Assembly: GCA_023460085.1 (NCBI GenBank)
Contig: JAEWRI010000021.1
Location: 41,904 to 105,903, forward strand
Direction of reading: 5' to 3'
Source of the DNA: Bacillota bacterium
GTDB lineage: Bacteria; Bacillota; Clostridia; Christensenellales; SZUA-584
Length of the DNA: 64,000 nucleotides
The position numbers and the translations under genes were made by a program. Shown one piece after another: positions 36,936 to 45,660 of this stretch (positions within the stretch are counted from its first letter, which is position 1; every line of letters begins with the position of its first letter). A model generated the notes under the pieces. That model saw nothing but the letters and a program-made list of their open reading frames with translations, had not been told where the DNA came from and did not search any database.

Positions 36936-37604
36936 TTATGTGCAGTCCGGTTTGCGGATCATCGCGGAATATTGTATCGGGAACTCGGGAATGCCGCTCG
37001 AGTAGGGCGCGATTTCGTACTGTTGATAGTATAAGACCATGGCCCCCGGAGTCAGATAGAAACTGTTCGGGCAGAAGTAAAGCGTGGCGTTCCGACGGTA
37101 ATCATCGAAGAAAACGTCTCCTTCAGCCATGCGTGCCTCAATTTGTCGGGTAATCTGGCCGACGATATAATCGCGGCATCGGGCAGGCACGGAACATATG
37201 GCGGAAAGTCGGATGCGTGCGCAGCTCGCCACATCCCACGTGTCGGACGTTCGCTGTGTGTTGCCATGCGCGCCGCCGGTGTACTCATACCGATCGAACC
37301 ACAAACTGAGCGTACAGTCTTCGTTCATCGTTATCTCAAATGCCTGAACCACCTCGAACACGCGGATAGGCGCATCCGTCTGCGTATCCTCGCCGCGCTG
37401 CTCCTGTGCCTGACGAAAAAGTTCTTCCCGGCAGTGCTGTGCGTATGCGGCTGCCTGCCTCGCGTATCGTTCATTGATACACCCCACGGAAAAATCATCC
37501 GAGGAAAACTGCGGATAGCGAATGTCATAACGCAATAGCAGTGTGTCGCGATCATAGAGCGAGTCTTTGAGCGAAAAAGTTTGATATTCCACAGCTTCAG
37601 TCAT
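36936..37604 (-). CDS. DUF3298/DUF4163-type protein (PdaC/RsiV C-terminal-like fold)
   Basis: 222 aa. The YTGGAHGN motif is characteristic of DUF3298. No signal peptide was seen. Confidence 0.6.
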   Translation of the reverse strand: MTEAVEYQTFSLKDSLYDRDTLLLRYDIRYPQFSSDDFSVGCINERYARQAAAYAQHCREELFRQAQEQRGEDTQTDAPIRVFEVVQAFEITMNEDCTLSLWFDRYEYTGGAHGNTQRTSDTWDVASCARIRLSAICSVPARCRDYIVGQITRQIEARMAEGDVFFDDYRRNATLYFCPNSFYLTPGAMVLYYQQYEIAPYSSGIPEFPIQYSAMIRKPDCT

Positions 37605-37655
37605 TCATTTCGCCTCCTCTACTATCAACTTATTCATGCAGCATCCCGTATGATG

Positions 37656-37681
37656 CGCGGCACATACAAAAACGTGCCGCG
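37656..37681. promoter_or_regulatory. Perfect 8-bp inverted repeat in the divergent DUF3298/ku intergenic region
   Basis: CGCGGCAC, 10 nt, GTGCCGCG. It lies 33 nt upstream of the ku start codon. Confidence 0.4.
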
Positions 37682-37713
37682 GGAGATAGTAATATCGTAA
37701 AGGAGGCTTGTAT

Positions 37714-38526
37714 ATGCATGCTATGCTAAAGGGCGCAATCAGTTTCGGATTGGTGAACATTCCGATAAAAATGTACGCGGCGACGGAGGAGAAGGATGTC
37801 CGATTCCGATCGCTGCACAAAAAGTGTCATACGCCTATTAAATACAAGAAGACCTGCCCGCTTTGCAACGAAGAGGTGGGACCGGACGATATTGTGCGCG
37901 GTTTTGAGTATGAACCCGGGAAGTTTGTGATTATTACCGATGAGGATATTGAGTCAGTCAAAGCCCAGGTACAGGCCAAGACCATAGAAATCGTGGATTT
38001 TATCAAGCTGGAAGAGATTGACCCTATCTTCTACGTCAAAACGTACTATCTTGCCCCGCAGGCGGAGGTCGCTTCCAGCGCTACCGCTTTTGTGCTGCTT
38101 CGGGAAGCGATGCGCGCGTCAGGACGGATTGCGGTAGCCCGGCTCGCAATGCATGACAGCCAAACGCTTTGCGTGCTGCGCATTTCGGGCAATGCGATTC
38201 TGCTGGAGACCATCTTTTATCCCGATGAAATCAGGCCCGCTTCCGAGGTCCCTGCTCTTCCTGATACTGCCGTTACAGATCCAAAGCAAATGGATATTGC
38301 CCAGCGGTTGATAGACAGCCTGACCGCACAGTTTGATCCGTCCAAATACACCGATGAATACCGCGAAGCGCTTAAAACGCTGATAGATGCGCGCATTGAA
38401 GGAAAGCAGATAGTATTGCAGCCTCAGGCAAAGGAAAGCAACGTCATTGACCTTATGGAGGCGCTGAAAGCAAGCCTGAAGAAAGCGGAAGAGGAAGCGC
38501 CAAAGAAGGACGCTCGCGCACAATGA
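37714..38526 (+). CDS. ku: Ku protein (non-homologous end joining)
   Basis: LKGAISFGLVNIPIKMYAATEEKDVRFRSLHK is the canonical bacterial Ku N-terminus. ATG 37714 follows AAGGAGG. Confidence 0.9.
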   Translation: MHAMLKGAISFGLVNIPIKMYAATEEKDVRFRSLHKKCHTPIKYKKTCPLCNEEVGPDDIVRGFEYEPGKFVIITDEDIESVKAQVQAKTIEIVDFIKLEEIDPIFYVKTYYLAPQAEVASSATAFVLLREAMRASGRIAVARLAMHDSQTLCVLRISGNAILLETIFYPDEIRPASEVPALPDTAVTDPKQMDIAQRLIDSLTAQFDPSKYTDEYREALKTLIDARIEGKQIVLQPQAKESNVIDLMEALKASLKKAEEEAPKKDARAQ

Positions 38527-39383
38527 TTGCCTGTATGGAGCCAGTGCCATCCGAAACCATTATCCGCGAAGAAGGCTTTATCCATCAGGTCAAGTGGGAC
38601 GGGATACGGGGCATTGCCGTAGTAGAAAACGGCGGTGTCAGGTTGTTCAACAAAAGCGGTATTGAATGTACTGCGCGGTATCCGGAACTTTCGGCGCTGT
38701 CCAATCGTCTCAGCGCGGGAAAGGCCATTCTGGATGGCGAGATAGTAGCGTTGGTGGACGGCAAGCCTTCGTTCTATCACGCGCTGCGAAGAAGCATGTC
38801 CGGTTCTGCGGGCGCAATGCGATGGCCGATTCGCTATATCGTATTTGATATACTGAGCCTCGAAGGGAAAGATTTACGGGCAAAGCCGCTGCATGAAAGG
38901 CAGCGCATGCTTTCGGCACGGTTTTCGGACAGTGCGTTTGCCGCGCAAACAGACAGTTTTTATGACGGCACTGCGCTGTTCGATCTGATGAAGCAAAGGA
39001 ATATGGAAGGTATCGTATCGAAGCGTCTGTCCAGTGGTTATTGTGCGGGTAAGACCCATTCAGATTGGTTTAAAACCAAAATCACGCGAAGAATACTCTG
39101 CGCCATAACCGGCGTGAATTATAAAAACGGACTTCCTTCTTCTTTGTCGCTGGGCGTATACCGTGAGGGTGCGCTTACGGCCGCCGGCGATGTCGGTTCT
39201 GGACTGAAGGCGCAGGATTTGACGCTGCTCTCAAAGGAGCTGAAGCCGGGAAGCGCTCCGCGCATAACGTGCTGGGTGCGGTTTTCCGAATGGACGCCCG
39301 CCGGAACCTTGCGCAACCCGGTATTTTTGGGCTTCTCAGACGCGTCTCCCCTTTTGGCGATGGGAGAGGAGCAAAGCGTATGA
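38523..39383 (+). CDS. ATP-dependent DNA ligase (LigD ligase domain as a separate polypeptide)
   Basis: ATGA overlap with ku. Adenylation motif I VKWDGIRG. 286 aa. Confidence 0.8.
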   Translation: MIACMEPVPSETIIREEGFIHQVKWDGIRGIAVVENGGVRLFNKSGIECTARYPELSALSNRLSAGKAILDGEIVALVDGKPSFYHALRRSMSGSAGAMRWPIRYIVFDILSLEGKDLRAKPLHERQRMLSARFSDSAFAAQTDSFYDGTALFDLMKQRNMEGIVSKRLSSGYCAGKTHSDWFKTKITRRILCAITGVNYKNGLPSSLSLGVYREGALTAAGDVGSGLKAQDLTLLSKELKPGSAPRITCWVRFSEWTPAGTLRNPVFLGFSDASPLLAMGEEQSV

Positions 39384-40258
39384 GCGCAGTCAGCACCGAG
39401 AGTCTGCGCGTTACCAATCCGGATAAGCTGCTGTACCCGGAGACGGGTGTTACCAAGCTGGATTATGTCCGTACGCTGCTGGAGCTTGCGCCATACCTGC
39501 TGCCGCATACCTCGGGCCGGGTACTCACTGCCATACGGTATCCGCATGGTGCGGGCGGAGAGTTCTTTTATCAGAAGCACCTGCCGCAAAAAGCCCCTGA
39601 CTTCGTTTCCGCCATAGAACAGGGAGGGGAGCTTTTCATCGATCTCAACCGCCCGGAAACGCTGGCGTGGCTGGGTAACCTCGCCGCGCTGGAATTTCAT
39701 ACGCCCTTCTGTACGGAAGCGGAAGGAATGCTGCGCGCGCTGGTGTTTGACATGGACCCTTCGGAAGGTCAGAATTTTACGGACGCAGCCGAATGCGCGC
39801 TGCTGGTTCGCGACACACTGCGGGAGCTGGGGATCGAAAGCCTCGTTAAAACCTCCGGCGCATCCGGCCTCCAGATTTACATACCCTGCGCGCCGATGAC
39901 GTTTGAGCGCGGCAGGCGCGTCAACGAATTTTTCGGTCAGTATTTTTCTGCCAAATATCCGGATAAAATAACCATTGAGCGGCTTGTGAAAAATCGGGGC
40001 AGTAAGCTGTACTTCGATTACCTGCAGATGGGACCCGGCAAGAGTATTATTACCGTATATTCGCCGCGTGCGGTGCCGTGCGCCGCGGTTTCCATGCCGG
40101 TGGACTGGGACGAACTGCAGGCCGGAGTCAAACCCTGCGATTTTACATTGCGCAACGCGGCGGAGCGGCTGGCGCAGCGTGGGGAACGGTTTGCCGCTGT
40201 ATTGCAAGGAAATCCCAATGCGGCGCTGGAAGAAATGATGCGTCACGCCAGGCTTTAG
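39380..40258 (+). CDS. LigD-type primase-polymerase domain protein
   Basis: ATGA overlap with the ligase gene. LRVTNPDKLLYPE N-terminus and LVFDMDP, typical of the LigD polymerase domain. Confidence 0.8.
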   Translation: MSAVSTESLRVTNPDKLLYPETGVTKLDYVRTLLELAPYLLPHTSGRVLTAIRYPHGAGGEFFYQKHLPQKAPDFVSAIEQGGELFIDLNRPETLAWLGNLAALEFHTPFCTEAEGMLRALVFDMDPSEGQNFTDAAECALLVRDTLRELGIESLVKTSGASGLQIYIPCAPMTFERGRRVNEFFGQYFSAKYPDKITIERLVKNRGSKLYFDYLQMGPGKSIITVYSPRAVPCAAVSMPVDWDELQAGVKPCDFTLRNAAERLAQRGERFAAVLQGNPNAALEEMMRHARL

Positions 40259-40280
40259 CTAAATGTATCGAGACCCCAGT

Positions 40281-40301
40281 AATCCGCAAAAGAGGATTTT
40301 T
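40281..40301 (+). terminator. Weak candidate terminator after the NHEJ genes
   Basis: AATCC, 8 nt, GGATT, followed by TTTTT. The stem is only 5 bp. Confidence 0.3.
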
Positions 40302-40355
40302 GCTATACTTTTTGTACAATCTGTGGTAGTATGGAAAAAAACTTAAGAGGTGGGT

Positions 40356-41243
40356 ATGAAGCACGCAAAGAAGTTATTGGTGATGGTGGCAGTAGTCGTG
40401 CTCGTCATGACGACCGGGATGGGTGTTGCGCTGGGTGAGCCGACGCCGACGTCCACCGCCTCAACATCGCCTTCGCCTTCTCCTTCGCCTTCATCTACGC
40501 CAAGCGATTCAGAGTCGCCCGGCACGTCGGAAAGCGCGTCGTCTCAGTCTGCGTTTACGCTGCTCCAGCAGGGAAGCGAAGGCGAGTATGTCATCAGGCT
40601 TCAGATGCGCCTAAGGGAGTTGGGTTACCTGAATTACCGCGCGACAGGCAGTTACGGCGAAAAGACGCTGAATGCTGTGCAGGATTTTCAGGAGGAAAAC
40701 GATCTCGGGTCTGACGGACAGGCAGGGCCCATTACGTACGAAGCGCTGTTTAAAGTGGACGCGCCGCGCAGGCCGCTTGGGTTATCCGTGGTTCCCGCGT
40801 CTGGCCCGAACGTAACAACGCCGACTTCTCCGGTTTATGGCGAGCTTTCAAGCTGGACAGCAATCAATGCGCTTTTCACGAGCGGCATGACAGTGACGGT
40901 TACTGACTGGTCCAGCGGTACGACTTTCCAGATGAAGCGCATAGGCGGAACCAACCATGCCGATGTGGAAACGGTAACGGCGGATGATACGGACAAGTTC
41001 TGGGATTGTTTTGGCGACAAATCGAACTGGGGAGAGAAACGGCCGGTTCTCGTATCCATCGGCGGCGTAAACTATGCGGCGTCACTGTACGCGCATCCGA
41101 GCGGCGCTGAAGAAATCGGCGACAATGATGTTTCCGGTCATACGCAGCTGTATTTCTACGGCAGCACCTCCGATATTCTGGGGTTTGCCGACAAGTATCA
41201 CGATGACAACGTGCAAATAGCCGCGGGCAAGCTGAAGCCCTGA
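40356..41243 (+). CDS. Secreted peptidoglycan-binding (PG_binding_1) protein with uncharacterised C-terminal domain
   Basis: Signal peptide and a Ser/Pro-rich linker. PG_binding_1 pattern GSEGEYVIRLQMRLRELGYL...GSYGEKTLNAVQDFQEENDLGSDGQAGPITYEAL. Confidence 0.65.
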   Translation: MKHAKKLLVMVAVVVLVMTTGMGVALGEPTPTSTASTSPSPSPSPSSTPSDSESPGTSESASSQSAFTLLQQGSEGEYVIRLQMRLRELGYLNYRATGSYGEKTLNAVQDFQEENDLGSDGQAGPITYEALFKVDAPRRPLGLSVVPASGPNVTTPTSPVYGELSSWTAINALFTSGMTVTVTDWSSGTTFQMKRIGGTNHADVETVTADDTDKFWDCFGDKSNWGEKRPVLVSIGGVNYAASLYAHPSGAEEIGDNDVSGHTQLYFYGSTSDILGFADKYHDDNVQIAAGKLKP

Positions 41244-41256
41244 CGGTGAGCTGCTG

Positions 41257-41287
41257 AAGGTCCTCCTTACGGAGGGCCTTTTTTTCT
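41257..41287 (+). terminator. Rho-independent terminator
   Basis: AAGGTCCTCC-TTAC-GGAGGGCCTT (10 bp with one G-U pair) followed by a T7 run. Confidence 0.8.
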
Positions 41288-41335
41288 TACCCTGACTTCG
41301 GTGATAAACCATACTTCCCGTTCATATACTTCAAC

Positions 41336-42322
41336 ATGATAAACGAGAGTCAAGAATGCTGGAGGCAGATGCTGGGGCGCTGCCTGCCTGAGCGCATGTT
41401 TGCCGCCCTTTGCGCGGCAGAAAAAAACGGGCTGCAGCGGATCGAAGAGATACGACTGCGCACCGGCAGGCCGCTGATGGTTTATACGAGCAGCGGCGGC
41501 TGGTGTGTCGGCGAAGGCGGGCGCTTGTCCGATGATTCAGGTATCGCATCAACTCAGGAGGACATGGAACAGGTCTTCGGCGCCATAACCGGGAAATCCG
41601 CGTACGCCTATGAAAACGAACTGAGGCAAGGATTTATTACGCTTGCTGGAGGAATACGCGCGGGCTTTGCGGGCAGCGCGGTGATAGCGGACGGTGGGGT
41701 CAAAGCGTACCGGGGTATCGGCGGCATCAATTTTCGCATACCGTGTCAGGCAGCGGGCGTCGCCCAAAAACTGCTTCCTTATATTTCTCAGAACGGATGT
41801 TTACATAGCGCGCTTATCGTATCGGCACCCAAGCTGGGCAAAACGACGCTGGCGCGGGATATTGCGCGATGCGCGGGCAGCGGTATCGGAGTAAACCGAA
41901 GCAAGGTATCTCTCATTGACGAGCGGCTGGAGCTTGCTGCCGCGGAATATGGGGTACCGGTATTCGATGTTGGCACCGAAACGGACGTTATTTCCGGCGT
42001 ACCGAAAGCATCCGGCGTATTCATGGCACTGCGGGGTCTTTCGCCTGACGTGATTGTGACGGATGAGATAGGCAGGAACGAGGATTTGGAAGCCCTGCGG
42101 GAGGTATCCAACGCGGGGGTCGTAATGGTAACGACTGCACACGCTCCCGATTTCGACAGCCTGCTGGAACGGCTCTTTTTCCGAAGGGTATTCGAGGAGC
42201 GTATGTTTGAGGCGTATGTCATGCTTTCCGCATCGCTAGGACGGATTACGGTACAGCAGGTATGCAACGCGCGTGGACAAGAACTGCTTTCCGCGCCGAT
42301 GCGTTTGGAGGCGGCAGTATGA
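41336..42322 (+). CDS. spoIIIAA: Stage III sporulation protein AA (ATPase)
   Basis: RIEEIRLRTGRPL region and Walker A SAPKLGKTT. First gene of an eight-gene spoIIIA-ordered operon. Confidence 0.85.
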   Translation: MINESQECWRQMLGRCLPERMFAALCAAEKNGLQRIEEIRLRTGRPLMVYTSSGGWCVGEGGRLSDDSGIASTQEDMEQVFGAITGKSAYAYENELRQGFITLAGGIRAGFAGSAVIADGGVKAYRGIGGINFRIPCQAAGVAQKLLPYISQNGCLHSALIVSAPKLGKTTLARDIARCAGSGIGVNRSKVSLIDERLELAAAEYGVPVFDVGTETDVISGVPKASGVFMALRGLSPDVIVTDEIGRNEDLEALREVSNAGVVMVTTAHAPDFDSLLERLFFRRVFEERMFEAYVMLSASLGRITVQQVCNARGQELLSAPMRLEAAV

Positions 42323-42828
42323 ATCTGGTGTTATGTCTTGCAATCGTGCTGGTATGCGGATACATCGGCAGACAGCTGGCGGCGCGATCCGCACAGCGCC
42401 TTGCGTTCTTCCGGGAATATGAGTCCGCCATGGTCAGCCTTGCGGACAGCATCGCCGGGATGAGTCTGGAGCTGTCAAGAGCGCTTGAGACGCCCTGCGG
42501 GGACAGCGTGGGGGAAGCATTCGCGGAGTGCGCGCGGAAGCTGCGTGCCGCCCCACAGCGGCGTTTCGCGGCCATATGGCGGGAATGCCTTGGGGAGTAT
42601 TCCGCAGGGAAGACATTTCTGTCCAAAGAGGACGTGCGGATGATTTCCGACGCGGGAGAAGCGCTGGAAGCGTTATGTAGAAATCCCAGCCGGAAGCAAG
42701 CGGAGGGCTACCTCGTCAGGCTGGAGAAACACATTACGGAGCTGGAAGAGGATAAACGACGGAAAGGCAAGCTGTACAGCGCGGGCGGCGTGCTGGCAGG
42801 GCTGCTCATCGCGCTGCTGGTGATATAG
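42319..42828 (+). CDS. spoIIIAB: Stage III sporulation protein AB
   Basis: ATGA overlap with spoIIIAA. About 170 aa with N- and C-terminal TM helices. Position in the operon. Confidence 0.75.
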   Translation: MNLVLCLAIVLVCGYIGRQLAARSAQRLAFFREYESAMVSLADSIAGMSLELSRALETPCGDSVGEAFAECARKLRAAPQRRFAAIWRECLGEYSAGKTFLSKEDVRMISDAGEALEALCRNPSRKQAEGYLVRLEKHITELEEDKRRKGKLYSAGGVLAGLLIALLVI

Positions 42829-42858
42829 CGGCAGGCGGATACAGAGGAGGGAAAAGCT

Positions 42859-43056
42859 TTGGCAATAGACCTGGTGTTCAAGATCGCCGCGATAGGCATA
42901 CTGATCGCGGTGCTCAATCAATTGCTGGTGCGCTCGGGCCGCGACGACATCGCGACGCTGACCACCATCGCGGGGTTGATCATTGTACTGCTGATGGTTG
43001 TAGACCTTATCAGCAACCTGTTTGACAGCGTGAAGCAGATTTTTGGGCTTTACTGA
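42859..43056 (+). CDS. spoIIIAC: Stage III sporulation protein AC
   Basis: 65 aa with two TMs. IDLVFKIAAIGILIAVLNQLL is typical of SpoIIIAC. Confidence 0.85.
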   Translation: MAIDLVFKIAAIGILIAVLNQLLVRSGRDDIATLTTIAGLIIVLLMVVDLISNLFDSVKQIFGLY

Positions 43057-43442
43057 TGGAAATTGTGCAAATCGTCGCGATAGGCTTGATAGCGGGAATT
43101 CTGGTCGTGATGATACGGCAGAAGCAGCCGGAGCTGGCGATGCAGGTCAGCATTGTGGCGGGCCTCATTATACTCATCTACGTGCTGGATTATCTCGTAA
43201 CCGCGGTGGACTACATTCGTGACGTGGTGGCAGAATACGAGATTCCTTACGACGGTATCGCAATCGTACTTAAAATCATTGGCATTGCGTATATCTGCGA
43301 GTTTGCCGTACAGATACTCAAGGACACGGGAGAATCCTCGCTGTCGTCCAAGGTGGAACTGGCCGGCAGGGTGCTCATCATTGTGCTCTCGCTGCCGGTA
43401 TTTACGTCCTTCCTGAAAATGGTGATAGGAATGCTGGAGTAA
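43056..43442 (+). CDS. spoIIIAD: Stage III sporulation protein AD
   Basis: 128 aa hydrophobic protein with the motif GIAYICEFAVQILKDTGE. Confidence 0.85.
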   Translation: MEIVQIVAIGLIAGILVVMIRQKQPELAMQVSIVAGLIILIYVLDYLVTAVDYIRDVVAEYEIPYDGIAIVLKIIGIAYICEFAVQILKDTGESSLSSKVELAGRVLIIVLSLPVFTSFLKMVIGMLE

Positions 43443-43445
43443 CCA

Positions 43446-44672
43446 ATGAAAATACGATGGATGCTGGTGTGCGTACTGGTGGTTATGCTGGTCTGGCTGC
43501 CGCTAACCGCACATGCCCAGGACGAAATACCACAGGACACCGTGACGGACGAGGATGTCGATGACGCCATTGCGGACGAGATTGAGGAAAACATTGAGAC
43601 TGCCCTGACGTCCGCGGACCTTCACGCGCTTGAATCGTTCTATGAGGAATATGGGGAGACGCTCGCACCCATCACCGGCGGGCGGGACTTTAAATCCTTC
43701 CTGAAGATGCTTGCCACGGGCGGTGCGGATTTCAACATCGGTGATATATTCGGCATGGTGCTGAACGCGATGATGGCGGGCGTCAGGCAGAGCATCCCTG
43801 CTATTGTGCAGATTGTGGTGATTGGCCTGCTGTTCAGCGTGATTACACACTTCAAGCCCGCGTTCGGCGAAACCGGCGTCAGCAAGGCCGCCCAGACTGC
43901 GCAGTTCGTCATCGTGGGCGCGATTACGCTGGGCGTATTGACCAGCGCTTTTCATATTGGGGTGTCTGCCATTGCCAACATGACGGCCTTTACGAAGGAG
44001 CTGTTTCCGTTGCTGCTGGCGCTGCTGACCGCGCTGGGCGGGATCAGCTCCGCATCCATACTGAGCCCCGCTACGGTATTCCTGACGACGGGAATTTCCC
44101 TGTTCTTTAACGACTTTATATTGCCGCTGGTAATCGTGCTCACGGTGTTCACACTGGTCAACAACTTCTCGTCCACCGTAAAGCTGTCCGGCTTCTGCTC
44201 GCTGATAAAGAGCGTAATCAAGTGGTCTGTGGGCATCTGCTCCACGATATTTGTGGGTATCGTGGCGATGCAGGGACTGCTGGGCTCCACGTTCGACGGG
44301 CTTTCCATCAAAACGGCGAAGTACGCTATCGACAAAATGGTTCCTATTATCGGCGGACTGTTCTCCAATTCTGTGGATGTGCTGTTGTCCTGCTCGCTGC
44401 TGATCAAGAACGCGGTGGGTATCGCAGGAATACTCATCATCGCGGCCATTGTGATAGCGCCCGTGTTCGCGATACTGGCGCATTACTTCCTGTTCAAGCT
44501 GTGCGCTGCGGTGCTGGAGCCTACGGCAGGGGAAAAGATGGGCCAGTTCATGCAGGGGGCGGCGGACGTCGTGCTGATGCTCTTCGCGGCGGTGCTGGCA
44601 AGCGCGGTGATGTTCTTCATCACCATCGGGGTAATCATCGGCGCGGGCAACGCCAATGTGATGCTGAGGTAA
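43446..44672 (+). CDS. spoIIIAE: Stage III sporulation protein AE
   Basis: 408 aa. Signal peptide followed by a polytopic membrane domain. Position in the operon. Confidence 0.85.
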   Translation: MKIRWMLVCVLVVMLVWLPLTAHAQDEIPQDTVTDEDVDDAIADEIEENIETALTSADLHALESFYEEYGETLAPITGGRDFKSFLKMLATGGADFNIGDIFGMVLNAMMAGVRQSIPAIVQIVVIGLLFSVITHFKPAFGETGVSKAAQTAQFVIVGAITLGVLTSAFHIGVSAIANMTAFTKELFPLLLALLTALGGISSASILSPATVFLTTGISLFFNDFILPLVIVLTVFTLVNNFSSTVKLSGFCSLIKSVIKWSVGICSTIFVGIVAMQGLLGSTFDGLSIKTAKYAIDKMVPIIGGLFSNSVDVLLSCSLLIKNAVGIAGILIIAAIVIAPVFAILAHYFLFKLCAAVLEPTAGEKMGQFMQGAADVVLMLFAAVLASAVMFFITIGVIIGAGNANVMLR

Positions 44673-44676
44673 TACA

Positions 44677-44976
44677 ATGCACAATGCGTTGACTACTTGG
44701 GCCGTCGCGGTAACGGCCGCCATACTGCTGAGCGCCATGATCAGCGCGTTGCTGCCGGAGACGAGCATTAAGAAGTATGTGCTTGTGGTGTTGGGGGTTA
44801 TTGTCACCATGATAGTACTGTCGCCGCTGATTTCGCTGCTGACGGATTCGGATATAGAAGAAGAAATGCAGGGCGCGCTGGACTCCATTGAAAGCGCCCA
44901 AAGCTATGAATACGACAGCTCGCTGTACAAGGATTACATTTACAAACTGTATGAGGCATACATAGAGAGTGAATGA
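44677..44976 (+). CDS. spoIIIAF: Stage III sporulation protein AF, short form (99 aa)
   Basis: The two N-terminal TM helices (WAVAVTAAILLSAMISALLPE, YVLVVLGVIVTMIVLSPLISLL) and the operon position match SpoIIIAF. The soluble part is only about 40 aa. Confidence 0.6.
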   Translation: MHNALTTWAVAVTAAILLSAMISALLPETSIKKYVLVVLGVIVTMIVLSPLISLLTDSDIEEEMQGALDSIESAQSYEYDSSLYKDYIYKLYEAYIESE

Positions 44977-45011
44977 AATAAACATGGTGATGAAAGGGAC
45001 AGGTGGCACGG

Positions 45012-45635
45012 ATGAGTACTTCGGAGAAGGAATCGCGCATGGACCAGAAGACCGACTCTAAGCCAAAGAGCGGCATTCTGGCGCGGTATATGAAGCTGGA
45101 CACGAAGAAGAAGGTGCAGTATGCGGTGATACTGCTGATCGCCATCGTGATACTGGCGATCTATTTTACGTCCGTGTCCAAGGGGCAGACGAGCACCGAT
45201 GAGGACGTATCCGCAGATACTGCCGTTTCGGCGGTATCCGTCGTGGCCACGGATGATATTTCTGCGCAGCTGAAGAACACGCTGTCCGCCATCGAGGGCG
45301 CGGGCCGCGTAGAGGTGATGATCACCTATGAGTCCAGCGCGGAGTTGGTGCCTGCCATCAGTATCGACAAGCAATCCTCGACGACAGTCAACGAGAGCGA
45401 AGACGGGAAGAGTACGACAAACAGTGAAAACACGCAGAGCGAGGTTGTAACGATAGGCGGCACAAGCGGGGAGGAAGCGCTGGTGCTTAAGGAAAATAAC
45501 CCTGAAATCAAAGGGGTTATCGTAGTAGCGGAGGGTGCAGACGACATTGAGGTCAGGCTGAATCTGCTGAGCGCGGTTCAGACGATACTGGATGTCAGCC
45601 CGGATAAGGTTAACGTTTATAAAATGAATAAATGA
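45012..45635 (+). CDS. spoIIIAG: Stage III sporulation protein AG
   Basis: Single TM followed by GRVEVMITYESS ... IKGVIVVAEGADD ... VQTILDVSPDKVNVYKM, typical of SpoIIIAG. A GTG at 45003 is also possible. Confidence 0.85.
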   Translation: MSTSEKESRMDQKTDSKPKSGILARYMKLDTKKKVQYAVILLIAIVILAIYFTSVSKGQTSTDEDVSADTAVSAVSVVATDDISAQLKNTLSAIEGAGRVEVMITYESSAELVPAISIDKQSSTTVNESEDGKSTTNSENTQSEVVTIGGTSGEEALVLKENNPEIKGVIVVAEGADDIEVRLNLLSAVQTILDVSPDKVNVYKMNK

Positions 45636-45660
45636 ATATAGGATAAGGGGAAGTGGAATA

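Noticed and set aside
41301-41335. SigE-type promoter for spoIIIA (ATA-containing -35 at TGATAAA, and CATATACT/CATACTTC as -10).
   Set aside because: The best -10-like strings end only 6-18 nt before the annotated ATG. The spacing to a -35 element is ambiguous. I could not settle on one alignment, so no feature was called.
43503-44888. 461-aa minus-strand ORF antisense to spoIIIAE/AF. Similar long antisense ORFs occur at 101-1060, 468-1802, 10506-11483, 12370-13329, 14995-15987, 39119-40246, 46172-47344, 47420-48286 and 50488-51399.
   Set aside because: These are typical stop-poor antisense frames of GC-rich coding DNA. They are Arg/His/Gln/Pro-rich, carry no recognisable motifs, and each is fully covered by a plus-strand gene with strong family signatures.
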